Assembly: GCF_004010195.1 (NCBI RefSeq)
Contig: NC_057750.1
Span: forward strand, 8,399,294 to 8,463,293
Direction of reading: 5' to 3'
DNA length: 64,000 nt
Source of the DNA: Chiloscyllium plagiosum
Lineage: Eukaryota
The notes beneath the pieces are model-generated. The model was given only the letters and a program-made list of their open reading frames with translations, made no database searches and had not been told where the DNA came from. Of this stretch, positions 24,816 to 37,310 are shown in pieces (position 1 is the first letter of the stretch; each line of letters starts with the position of its first letter). Position numbers and translations under genes: made by a program.

Positions 24816-25865
24816 GGAATATAAGAAATGGGAGCAGAATAGACCATTTGATCTGTCATTCAAAAAGATCATGTTCCCCTAATCATTTTCCTCCACTATC
24901 CCCCTTTCATTGGCATCATTTGTCTCCCAATTCTATCAGTTTTTAACTACACAATGACTGAGATTCCACAGGTCTCCATGACAACGAGAATTCTGAAGAT
25001 TCACTATCCTCTGGGAGAAGAAATTCCACCTCATCCCAGTACTAAATGGCCATCAGTTATATTAAGACTGTTCCCGTCTAATCTTGGATGGAGCAGAGAG
25101 GTGTGATATGGCAAAGAGTGGGGGCATTCATATTGCCCTTGCTTCCATAACAGATCAAATCTGAAAACTGGGTTATCTCTGAATATTGGCTGAAAGTTGA
25201 ATTAATCTCATGGTAATACACAATGTAATACAAGTAATGGAATATGAATGACGTCCTGATCCACAAATCCAGAAGCTGGGAATCTTGGAATAGAAACATA
25301 GAAGATAGGAGCAGGAGTAGGCCATTTGGCCTTTTGAGCCTGCTCTGCTATTCCATATGGAGTCATAGGAGAAAGTGAGGACTGCAGATGCTGGATTCCA
25401 TATGGAGTCATAGTCATACAGCATGGGAACAGACCCTTCAGTCCAACCTGTCCATGCCGACCATGGCTGATCATTGAGCCCAATATCCTAACCACACTCT
25501 CCTCCCATATCCCTTGATCCCTTTAGCCACAGGAACTATATCTACCTCCTTCTTGAAAACACCATGTTTTGGCCTCAATCACTTTCTGTGGTATAGAAGT
25601 CCACAGGCTCACCACTTTCTGGGTGAAGAAATGTCTTCCCTTCTCAATCTTAAAATGTTTCATCCTCATCCTTAGGCTATGACAATGTTTCAATCCATGG
25701 GGACAATATTGTAGGCAATGAGGATTAAAGGTTAACTCTTAATTTGTTTAGATTTACTGAGACAGTATAAAAGGAACTTTACTCCATATTTAACACCACA
25801 TTGTTCTTAATTTGTTCATAAGATGTGGCTGGCTAGGCCAGCATTGATTTGTCCATCCCTAATTG

Positions 25866-25996
25866 GGTAAAAACAATGACTGCAGATGCTGGAAACCAGA
25901 GTCGAGATTAGAGTGGTGCTGGAAAAGCACAGCAGTTCAGGCAGCATCTGAGGAGCAGTAAAATCAACGTTTCGGGCAAAAGACCTTCATCAGGAA
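25866..25996 (-). mobile_element. PLE terminal repeat (family 1) with hammerhead at 25966-25993, inserted into a SINE tail
   Basis: Reverse complement reads ctgatgaaggtcttttgcccgaaacgtt; flanked by taattg at 25860-25865 and 25997-26002. Confidence 0.85.
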
Positions 25997-26389
25997 TAAT
26001 TGCCCAGAGAGCAATTCACCTGTCCTGGGAGTATCTGATGGGGACAGTGTAGAGGGAATTTGTTCTGTATCTAATCCCGTGCTGTCCCTGTCCTGGGAGT
26101 GTTTGATGGGACAATGGACTGGGAGATTTGCTCTGCAACTAATGCCATGATGTGACAGAATTTGCAACATTGAAGAGGATTCAATTCCTCCACGTCTTAA
26201 ACTTAGCTTTCGTACTCTTTCTCCCCCAAGCCCAAGCAAGAAGTCCACCAAATTTCCAAGCAGAAAGAATTGGCTCAGTCTCTACAGGATTTGGGTAAAG
26301 GCAGAGCCCATATTGGCATCATGCCCCTTCCTGATGAGATTGGAGCAAACTGGGAAACAGAAAATTGGGATAAGAGACCAGGAGATGCT

Positions 26390-26735
26390 TCCCTCACACT
26401 GTCTTCCTCCCTCCCTCGTTCTCTTTGTCTTTCCCTACTCACTTCTCCCTCCATCCTCCCCACTTCTTCTCTCTCCTCCCCCTTCCTCACTCTCTCTCGC
26501 CTCCCCTTTCTTCTCTCCTCCTCATTCCCTCTCTTGCCCTTCCTACTCTCCACTGTCACTCTCTCCACCCCCTCATTCCCTCCATCCATCCCTCCCTCTT
26601 TCCTCCCCCCTCATTCTCTCCATCCCCTCCTTCCCTTCATCCCTCTCTCTCTCCTCCTCTTCTCTCCCTCCCTCCTCGCTCTTACCCTTGCTTCCCTCTC
26701 TCTTCCCCCCATCTCTTCCCTCCCTTCACTTCCCT
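26390..26735. repeat. Polypyrimidine (CT-rich) low-complexity tract
   Basis: About 350 nt dominated by C and T on the plus strand. Confidence 0.9.
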
Positions 26736-28784
26736 CAGGCTGCTTTGTCTCCCTAAGGATGATGAATACCTGGCAATCCCTGGTGTTCTCCAATCCTTCC
26801 CCCCCACCTCCATGCCCACTCTAGGCTGGAAGCTCAGATGTACCACCCTCAGTTGACACTTAACTTTCCTGACTGGCCCCTCCAGTCTCTCGCTGTCCCA
26901 TCTTAAAGAAAGCGTTGTAAAAATTGGGGGTGCGGGCAGCAGGAGCACCTGTTATACAAGAGGGTGGAACTGATGGTGGGTGGGATGGGGAGTGGAGGGA
27001 AGAGAATGGTGCAAAAATAAATAAATAAATAAGCAATCTGTTTGAGGCATCTGCATTTTTTGAGTGCCATTGCATGTCGGGTTTTGCAGCTCCCTGATTT
27101 TCTGCTCCACTGAACTAGTGTGTAACTGTGTAAAATGGAGTAAATTGAGCGAGTATAATGTGGGTTGTCTGTAACAGAACTGCCACTGTGTAGAAGGGGA
27201 GAGCTGAGAACAGACATAGAGCCGAGACGTCAGGGCTCAATAGCAGACTACCTTTATTATTTTTCTCACTACCTTCCTCTGTTTGGTTTTGTTAACCCTT
27301 GGAGGATCAGCCAGTTCCTTTCAATTTGCCTTCTTTGTGTCTTTATTAATCCAGAAACGAAAACATTCTTCTTTGTTTTATTTGTCCTTCAAAATTGGTG
27401 TCTTTCATAAATCGCCATGTTGGATTTGCTTGCGATAAAGGTGTGAAGCCATGGAGGGCTGTCCCTTTAAGATCTGAGGTACAGTCTGAGGCCAAACAGA
27501 CGTGACCCTGTCAGTCAGGAAATTTGGGGGGGTGAGTGCGGTTGTAAATTTTCAGCACCAGACAAATCCATGAATAGGTCCATTTCTTATTCAACTTTGA
27601 CTAGTCAGAGGCAGGTTAGATGAAAAGAATTCTCTGGTTTGCTTATACAGTGTTCACCATTCTGTGTACGTGGGAGGGAAAGCTTCCAAAATCTTTCTCT
27701 GTGCTACCCGGGCTCACAACACCAACCTCTCCCTTTTTGATGCTGAATCCATAGGTGTATACATTGCCTTAAGGTTTCTTCAACTGTCTGCTATTTAGCT
27801 TCTTTGTATTATCTGAATGCAAGGTCAAATTCATCCCATCTCCCTTAGCCCAGGGTTTCCTCAGCTTCAACAAGTTCAGCTTGCATTTCTTTAGAGCTTT
27901 TTTCTTTCATGGGATGTGGGTGTTGTTGGCAAGGCTACCGTTTGTTCACAAACCCCAATGATGCGCATAATTTGTTGGGGCTGTTGCAAAGAACATCCGC
28001 ACCGCTTTGTGTCTGGAGTCACATGGCAGCTAGATTGAGTAAGGACAGCAAATTTCCCTTCCCGAAAAGCCAATTGCTTTTCACTACTTATGATTGAATG
28101 TCAATTGACAATAATTGTCCTGGTTACCATTACTGAGGCTGCTTTTCTGTTGTAGTTTTTAATCAATTGAATTTAAATTCCACCAGTTCCCATGATGGGG
28201 ATTGAATCCATAGTGCCAGACCAGTAACCTGGGTCTTAGTAGCTCAGGGACATTAACACAATGTCACTGCCTCCTTTGATGACTTGCCCGGGTTTGAACC
28301 TGGGTAGGTGAGAATTCGGACTACAAACGAAGAGCCCTCCATTTCCATAGCTCCTGTTGAAACAATTATGGAATAGAATCTGACACTTAACCACCTGAAA
28401 AAAATATTAGAGCAGGCTTGGTCAAAAAGCAGGTTTTGAAGAGTATCATATTCGAGAAGAGAAAGAGAGAGATAGAGTTGAACGGACACCATTCCAGAGC
28501 TGAGGGTATTGCAGCCAGTGTTGGTGCTATTAAAACCAGGGATTCAGCAAAAAGTCAGAACTGGGGGAAGCACGGAGGACCATGAAGCTGGAGGACGTTG
28601 CAACCAAGGATGGGAATTTTAAAATTGAGACATGGATGGACTACACAGCAGCGAATGTTGGGTGACACAAAGATGCAGGTCCCATATTTGCATCTCCCTC
28701 AGGCTCCACCATGGTCCCAGTTATTGAGTTCCCATTGTGTGGTTCACACTCGCCTGTAAACTTGACCCACTTCCCCTCAGGAAT

Positions 28785-29365
28785 GTCATAAAGTCGTACA
28801 ATATGGAAAAAGGCCCTTCAGCCAACTTGTCCATACCGACCAGTTTCCTGAACTGAACTAGTTCCACTTGCCTGTGTTTGGCCCATATCTCTCTAAACCT
28901 TTCCTATCCATGCACCTGTCCAAATGGTCTTTTATATGCTGTAATTGTACCTGCCTTTACCACCTCCTCTACCAGCTCACTGCATACATGCAGTACCCTC
29001 TGCTTGAAAAAGTTGCCTTTTAGGACCTTTTTAAATCTTTCCCCTCTCACCTTAAATCTATGCCCTCTAGTTTGAGACTCCCCTAGCCCAGGGAAAAGAC
29101 CTTGTCTGTTTACCTATCCATGTCTCTCATAATTTTATAAATCTCTAAAAGGTCACCTTTCAGTCTCTAATGCTCCAGGGAAAATAGCCCTGGTTTATCC
29201 AGCCTCTCCTTTCATCCACCACTTCCTCTTGTAGTTCATTCCACACTAACCACTTTCTGTGTGAAAGAAGTTGCCCCTTAGGTCCCTTTTAAATCTTTCC
29301 CCTCTCACCTCACACATATACCCTCTAGTTTTGGACTCCCCTACCTTGGGGAAAAGACCAGGCCC
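28785..29365 (-). mobile_element. Two adjacent CR1 3' fragments
   Basis: Segment aagttgcc...ttttaaatctttcccctctcacct...gggaaaagacc occurs at ~29010-29100 and ~29270-29360. Confidence 0.8.
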
Positions 29366-29676
29366 CTCATGCTTTTAGACCTGGTAGAGATATTCAAATC
29401 CCTGACTCTGTTTTCAGCGAACTTGAAATTATGCTGTGATCCCTTGAACATATGCCAAATGTGATGCCCCAGACCTTGGGAGAAGTGGGTGATGTCAACC
29501 TGTTGGCATGGGATGGGTGGCACTGTTTAATGCCTGTTGGGCCCATATGGATATGGGCATGAGGTAGGTGCTCGACACAAAGGTGACCTTGTCGAGGTGA
29601 ATTTATCTCCAGTCCATTAGCAGCAGATTTTCAAATATGTTTGAATAATTATATCTTTTAATCTTGCAATTGGTTG

Positions 29677-30505
29677 AGATGGTAATACTGTTGAATCCAG
29701 AGACCCAGGCAAATCCCACCACAACAGGGCGGCACGGTGGCTCAGTGATTAGTACTGCTCAAGGTTAGAGTAGTGCTGGAAAAGCACAGCAGGTCAGGCA
29801 GCATCCGAGGAGCAGGAAAATCAACGTTTCAGGCAGGAGCCCTTCATCAGGAATCTGCTGTGCTTTTCCAGCACCACTCTAATCTTGACTCTGATCGCCT
29901 TTTTGGTTGGCACTGCTGCCCCTCAGCGCCAGGGACCCAGGTTCAATTCTATCCAAGGACGATTGTCTGTGTGGAGTTTGCACATGCTCCCTGTGTCTGA
30001 ATGGGTTTCCTCTGGATGCTCTGGCTTCTTTCCACAGTCCAAATGTTAGTTGGATTGGACGTGCTAAATTGCCTGTGGTGTCTAGGGATGTGCAGACTAG
30101 GTGGATTAGCAGGGTTACAGCGATAGGCTAGGGGATGTGAGTCTAGGTAGGATGCTCTTCCAAGGGTTGGTGTGGACTTGATGGGCCAAATGGCCTGCTT
30201 CCACACTGTAGGGATTCAATGATTCTATGACAGCTCCTGCAATGTAAATTTAAATGATAAAATCTGGAATTGAAACCTAGTTTTTGTTTATGGTGCCTAT
30301 GAAACTTATCATCAGTTGTTGTAAAAACCCTTCTAGTTTACTACTCCCGTTTAGGTAAGAAAACTGCCATCTTTACCTGGTCTGGCCTACATGTGACTCC
30401 AGACACACAGCAATGTGGTTGACTCTTAACTGCCCTCTAGGAAATTAGGGATGGGGAATAAATGCTGGCCTAGCCAGCAATTCCCACGTCCAAACGAGTT
30501 AAAGA
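29677..30505 (+). mobile_element. Triple nest: family-B SINE containing an HE1-like SINE (29727-30228) containing a fold-back PLE repeat (29760-29906)
   Basis: HE1 head is split at a duplicated ttagtactgct / ttggcactgct; inner inverted arms 29759-29792 and 29855-29888; minus-strand hammerhead at 29823-29850. Confidence 0.85.
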
Positions 30506-33500
30506 CAAAACACGTCAAACACAAGAATGTAAAAGTACAAATAATTATGCAGGAACCTGTCATGTAAATTGTTGTTCCATTTGAAATTTGATATTCTTGT
30601 ATTTGTCCTGTGAGTGTGAGACAAAGAACTTCAAAACGTCTCTCTTTTTTCAGGGAGATTCAAGATCTGTGCGACTGAATGACATTTGGATTCAGGTTTA
30701 TGTATAGATGCAGAAATAAGCCATTCAGTCCATTGAGTCTGTTCTGCCATGAATGACCTGATAATCCTCAACTTTCACTTTCCTGCCTTTTCCCCGAAAC
30801 CCTTGTTTCCCTTACTGAGTCAAAATCTGTCTGTGTCAGCCTTGGATATGCTTAATGACCCAACCTTGACAGCCCTCTGTGATAAAGAATTCCATAGATT
30901 CAATACTCTGAGAGGAATTTCTTCTCATCTCTGTCTTAAAAGGTTGAACTCTTATTCTGAGATGATGTCCTGTGGTCCTAGATGCTCCCACAAGGGGAAA
31001 CAACCTTTCCACATCTATCCTGTGAAGGCCCTAAGTACTTGTATGTTTCAATAAGATTCAGTCCATGTTCTGCATGGACGGCTTAATGCCTCAGTAAGAG
31101 GAGGTCTTGGGGAGGACCTGACAGAACTCTTTAAAATTACAAAGCGGTTCAGTTAGGTACACATGGAGAAGATGTTTCCACTTGTTGGGGCAAATTAAAC
31201 TAGGGGTCATAAATGTAAGGTAGTCACTTGTTAAATCCAGTGGGGGGAATTGAGAGGAAACCTTCTTTTGCAGGAGAGAGTATTGAGAATGTGAAACTGG
31301 CTACCACTTGGATGATTTGCACGGATTCATTTGAGTTGAAGCTTAATAAGCAGATGAGGGGTAGAGGAATGGATTGAAATGTTGACAGCGTCATTCAAAA
31401 CAGAAGAAATGACCCATTGAGTCTGTGCCAACTTGTTTACATAGGTTGCAACCCAGTCACATCAAAAAAAGCCTACAAATACTCCACGATCCATAAGTGT
31501 TTTCTCTCTTTAAAAAAAGGAGGATTAGGGTGGCAAGTGGATGGGCCTGGATGGGATGCTCTTTGGAGCATCCAGCACTTCGCCCATAGCCTTGAATGTT
31601 ATAACATGGGTGTGTGCACGTGCGCATGTGTGCATCTGTCTGTTGGTGTGAGTGCATGTGAATTTTATCAAGGGAGTATGATTGTGTGAATGTGCAATAG
31701 CATGAGGCTCTATTGGTTTGTGTATGAGAGAGAGCATTTGACTGCACATATGCCCATGACTATAAGTGTGTGATTGTATGAATGACCGTGTGTGTGTTGG
31801 GACATGAGCATCAACATGTACCTTTGGGTTGAATGGCCTGCTGTGTGTTCACTATGATCTTATCGTGAATCTGCAAAACGGAATTTAATTACTCAATGAG
31901 AAGCAGTCAACATTTTACCATGTGCAGTCCCAAACCAGCAGCCTGCTTCTGGATTTGGAATGCTTCGGAATTTAAATGCACCCTTCCAACTTTTTGGCTT
32001 GCTGAGGGTGAATTTTCCCCACGTGACAAACTGGATGGACTGAATGGCCTATTTTTGCACAATCGCAATCTGAGACACACACGTGAGTGACTGTGGGTTA
32101 GTGATAATGACCAATGAAGGAATAACAAATATCAGAACAAACCTGATGGGAAGTGGATGATGGAATAACAGAACTTCCCATGAAGTAAGAAGTAAGATTT
32201 TATTTTAGAGAGAAAGCATTGATGGATGATGAAGTATTTGAAGGTTTTATTGATGTGACTGGCTTGCAAAATGGGTTTTGGAGAGTGGAGAGGGGCCACT
32301 TTTTGTTATATTTATTCAGGAGTTGTGGTAGTTGCTGGGACCAGCCAACATTTATTAAACTGCCCTCATCTTCCAGCCCTGATCATTGTGCCAGGGTTAT
32401 ATTCTCGTTCTGGACAACAACAACCTGCATTTGTGTTGAGCTTATAACATAATACTATATAATGTCTCAGAGAGCTCTAGTCCCATTGCCTAAAAAATTA
32501 TGACACTGAATCACTTAACTTAGTTCTTTTGTGGGATATGGATGTTACTGGTATTTATCCACTATACCTAATTGCCCCTTGAGAAGGAGGTGGCAAGCTA
32601 TCTTGTTGAACTGCTTCAGTCCATGTGGGGTAGGTCAACCCACAATGCTGTCAGAGAAGGAAATACCAACGATTTGAACCAGCAACAGTGAAGGAGAGGC
32701 CGATTTGTTTCCAAGTAAGGATAATGGTATTCTTAAAGTAGCATTTCATTCCTTCATTACATCGAACAATAGTGACCTAGCCAGCAACACCGTTATGCTG
32801 TGGATGAATAAAAAAAAAGTAGATTTTGACCTTTGACCCATGGCACATCCATGGAACACTCTATGCTAAATAAATTCATGGATTTGCTGCATTTATTCCA
32901 ACAGTGCAAAGCTTCCTTTTACTCCTTGAGAGTGTTAACCTGGTAAACGTCTATCAGGCTGAGGAGACGCAAGAAATGGTCTGTCTACCACATTGGTTTA
33001 TTCACGTAACCCCATTGATCATAGGTTCAGGATATTTGTCCCTTCCATGGAGTAACCCATCCCAAGTAGAACCCATTCCTCTAACTTTGTAATCAACCTG
33101 TTATGACACATCTCCATCACATCCTGGAGTAGAACTTGAACCCAGAGCTTCTGGCCCGTAGATCTGGACACTACCCTGCATCATAGCAACCACTAAACAA
33201 TTACAGTAGAATCAGCACAATCAGGAGAGGCGCAGTCAAGCTGACATGCCAGAGACCCCCAATGGCTTTCTGATTGATTGCCTTATCCACATGGTTATGC
33301 CTACGGGTGATGTGTGTTGCTTAATCTTTCCTCAATCAGTAAATAAAGTCGCCATAGTCCCAGAGGACCATACAGCTGCTTTCTCAATTGAGAGAGGGAT
33401 GACTGATGCTGAGTTTAACCTGACGATCACCACGCCTCAGGCGAGGGGAAGAGGTTGAGAAGATGGGACTTTCATGATAACCTCAGCTAGTACGGGAATT

Positions 33501-33549
33501 GAATTAGCGCTGTTGACTTCCCAATAACTTTTTGAAAATACTGATTAAA

Positions 33550-34090
33550 AATTTATCTTTGCCTTGAAAATACTTAATAACCCAGTCTCAATAACTCTCT
33601 GTAATAAAGAATTCCAAAGATTCACTACCCTCTGAGAGAAGAAATTCCTCCTCATCTCTGTTTTAAATGGGCAACCCCTTATTCTGAGATTACACGTTCT
33701 GGTCCTACACTGTCCAACATGTGGAAACAACCTCTCCCCCCTAAGCCATCTAACATCTATATTTCATGAAAATCTCCTCTCATTCTTCTAAACTCCAATG
33801 AGTATAGGCCCAATCTACTCAAACTCTCCTTGTAAAGCAGTGCCTCCATTCCCAATATCAGCCAAGCGAACTTTCTCTGGATTGCCCCCAATGCCAGTAT
33901 ATTATTCCTTAGAATAGGGGCCCAAAACGTGTTCTCAGTATTCCAGCTATGGTCTGACTTGTGCCTTGTATAGTTTTAGCAAAGCCTCCATACTTTTAAA
34001 CTCCATTCCTTTTGAAATAAAGTCCAACGTTCCACTTGTCTTCCCTATTGCTTCCTGAATTTAGATGCTAGCTTATTGTGATTCATGCAC
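33550..34090 (-). mobile_element. CR1 LINE 3' fragment
   Basis: FKTEMRRNFFSQRVVNLWNSL on the minus strand. Confidence 0.85.
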
Positions 34091-36123
34091 AACATGGATA
34101 AACTGAAATCTTATAACTGTTATTGCTTAGCTATATATGATATATAAATACACTCATTATCCAGGTCAGTAGAGTAATTTGTAATGTGAAATGCTTCCGA
34201 TATGGTTTTCCTGCCCAAAATCTGTTTTTCCTCTTCCCCCTTGTTGTTGTCCTGCCGAATTATTGGATTATAGACTCCTGTTTGGCAGAAGGACAAGAGC
34301 TACTGTGAATGAGGTAAAACAATTTGAAGGGCAAAACTGCAAGACTCCAGTGCTTAATCTTCTCACCGAAGCCAGGTCAGCATCAACAGTTGCTCAGCCG
34401 TATCCTCTTAGTGCCATGAAGCTGCAGACTAGGAAGTTTAATTTTTGCCCAGTAGAATTGCGACTAATATTTCTGGAAGAATCGACTCGCTTCTGGCTCA
34501 GAGGTTTTTGCTGGTGGCAGCTGCCTTGCAGGATCAGTGTGTTTTTTTTCCCTTCCCCTGCCATCCTGACATTTTTCTGTCCCACTTTTTCCATTTGCAA
34601 AGGACCATTCTGGTTACACAACACTGTTGCCAGTATCAAACAAAGGTGTCTGATGAATCATCACTTGATCAGATTTGGACAGAGTTATACATGTGGAATT
34701 ACAGTGCAAAGATAGGCTATTCGGCCCAACCAGTCTCAGCTGGCAGTTATGCCCTCTTGGGTCTCCTTCCATCCTCTGTCATCTCACTCTCTCATAAACT
34801 TAATCCTCCATTTCTTTCTCTCTCATGTCCGAATCCAGCTTCCCCATTAATAACTTCAGATATTCCCTGTGGGAGTGGGTTCTATATTCTCCCCTCTTTC
34901 TGGGTAAAGAGGTTTTTCATGAATTTCCTATTGGTTTTATTAGGGACCATCTTCTATTAGTGTTGGTCCCTTCCAAAAGTGGAGACGTTTCCACTTGGAA
35001 TGTAACTGGACTAATGTTTTGGGGAGTTTGATTCCCACCATGGTGGATGGTGAAATTTTCGTTCAGTAAAGATCTGGAATAACGAACTGGCTCAATGGTG
35101 TCCATATAACCTCTGTCAATTGTAGCAAAAATCCATCCGGTTCAGGAAGAAAATTTGCCTCCTTCCAATGTCTGGCCTACATGTGACTCCAAACCCACAG
35201 CAATGGCCTTGACTCTTAACAGACTTCTGGACAATTAGAGATGGACAGTGAATGCTGGAATAGCCAGTGATGCCTACATCCCATAAATGAATTTGCAAAG
35301 CACTCTGCCCTGATCATGAGTCACCAGTCGTTGGTACTGCAACATATATAAATGTTGCATTTAAATATGGGGAACAAAAATGCTTACAGTACTTCACGTG
35401 ATTTTACCAGTACTTTGTACAGTTGCAGTAAGACTTTCCTATTCTTATACTCCAACCCCCCTGAAATGAATGAAGCACCTTTGTCCTGCTTTATCATAAT
35501 GCAATTTCCCACGTCTGGTAAAGAGCTTTCTCCTGAAATTTCTATTTGATTTACTGGTTACTGACAACCTTTTTTAAAAGTTTAATATGGAGAAAAAAAG
35601 AGGATTTTGTATTTAAAGAAATGTGCTTTTTTGGGTTGCAAATTGTGGGGTATGAATGGGCTTTGTTGTCTTTAAAAGTCTGCACAGTGTTATCTTCTTC
35701 AAAAATCCCAAGAAACAACTTGCCATGTGAGGCTCCTTTATGGATGTAGGCCCGTGCTGGCTTTGTACTGGCAAGACAGCTCAGTGCTTTGTTTGGGTGC
35801 GATGGATGGGGATTAATGTGGGTGATTCCTCACTGTTTGGTAACTGAGACACAGAGTTTGCTCCCTCTGAATATGGCTGTGAATGGGACATGTGTTAATC
35901 TATTTATCCATTGATTCCCTTTTGGCTTCTGTAGACTCAATTCCTTCATGAGAGTGTGGTAATGTGCAAGGAAATCCTACATCTAATTTTACATTAATTC
36001 AGCCCCGCCATGCTTTTCCTGATTAACATTTCCCTCCAGATCCAGAATCTCTCACTAATTTCAGAAGCTGTGGAGGAAAATGTCTGCCATTAACTTTCAT
36101 ATATTCAGCTATTTACATTCTGA

Positions 36124-36144
36124 AGAGAGAGAGAGAGAGAGAGA
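36124..36144. repeat. (AG)n microsatellite
   Basis: Directly visible. Confidence 0.95.
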
Positions 36145-36219
36145 TGCGCATTTATACTGCACCTTCAGGGCCATGGGGCAGCTCAAAACTTTTTACAGCT
36201 GATCAAAGTGCTTTTAAGG

Positions 36220-37310
36220 CCATAAGATCATAAGAAATAGGAACAGGAGTATGCCATTCAGCCCCTTGCGCCAGCTGTGCAATTCAACTGGTATATGGCT
36301 GAACCACCCCTTGATTCCTCAACTGATCAAGAATCTATATGTCTCAGCCTTAAATATACACAAGGACTCTGCCCCCACAGCTCTCTGTGGCAAGGAGTTT
36401 CAAAGACTCCCAAGCTGCTGTGAGAAGAAATTCCTCCTCGTCTCAGTCTTAAATTGGTGCCCCTTTATTCTGAGAGTATGCCCTTTAGTCCTCTACACTC
36501 CAATGAGGGGAAACATCCTTTCAGAATTTGCCCTGTCAAGCGCCTTAAGAATCCTGTATATTTCAATAAGTTCATCTCTCAATCTTCTAAACTTCAGTGA
36601 ATAGAGTCCCAACCTGTTTAACCTTTGCTCATAAAATAATCCCTCCATACCAGGGATCATCCTAGTGAACCTTCTGTGAATTGTCTCCAGTGAAATATCT
36701 TTTCTTAAATATGGGGAACAAAACTGCTCACAATACTTCACGTGATCTCACCGGTACCTTGTACAGTTGCAGTAAGACTTTCCTACTCTAATATTCCAAC
36801 CCCCCCCTGAAATAAGGGCCAACATTCCATCAGTCTTCCTGATAATCTGCTGCCTGGATTCTAGCCTTCTGTATTTCATGCACAAGTACCCCCAAGTTGT
36901 TTTGTGTTACAGCTTTCTACAATTTTTCTCTATTTAAATAATATTCTATTCTTTTGTTACCCCTTCCAAAATGAATAACTTTGCATCTAACCACATTATA
37001 CTCCATCTGCCAACTTTTTGCCCCCTTACTTAACCAATCAATATCTCTCTGTAAACTTTGCATCCCTCTCACAACCTGCCTTTCCAACTATTTTTGTTTC
37101 ATCTGCAAATTTGACTACAGTACATTCACTTCCTTTCTCCAAGTCATTAACATATATTGTAAACTGTTGTGGTCCCAGCACTGATCCCTGTGGAACCTCA
37201 CTGGTTACAGATCACCAATCAGAAAAAATAACTCATTATCCCCACTTGCTGTTTCCTGCCCATGAGCCAATTCTCTATCCATGCCACTATACTATCTCCA
37301 ACAAGACTGG
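36220..37310 (-). mobile_element. CR1 LINE 3' fragment (~1.1 kb)
   Basis: Minus strand gives VPQGSVLGPQQF, KFADETK, RRFTRMIPGMEGL. Confidence 0.9.

Noticed and set aside
26270..26856. Ser/Pro/Leu-rich and Arg/Glu/Gly-rich ORFs
   Set aside because: Translations of a CT low-complexity tract.
27551..27571. REST/RE1 site (ttcagcacc)
   Set aside because: Only the left half-site; the GGACAG half is missing at the canonical spacing.
34960..35010. miR-133-like and miR-1/206-like seeds close together
   Set aside because: Only short partial matches inside repeat relics, with no precursor hairpin.
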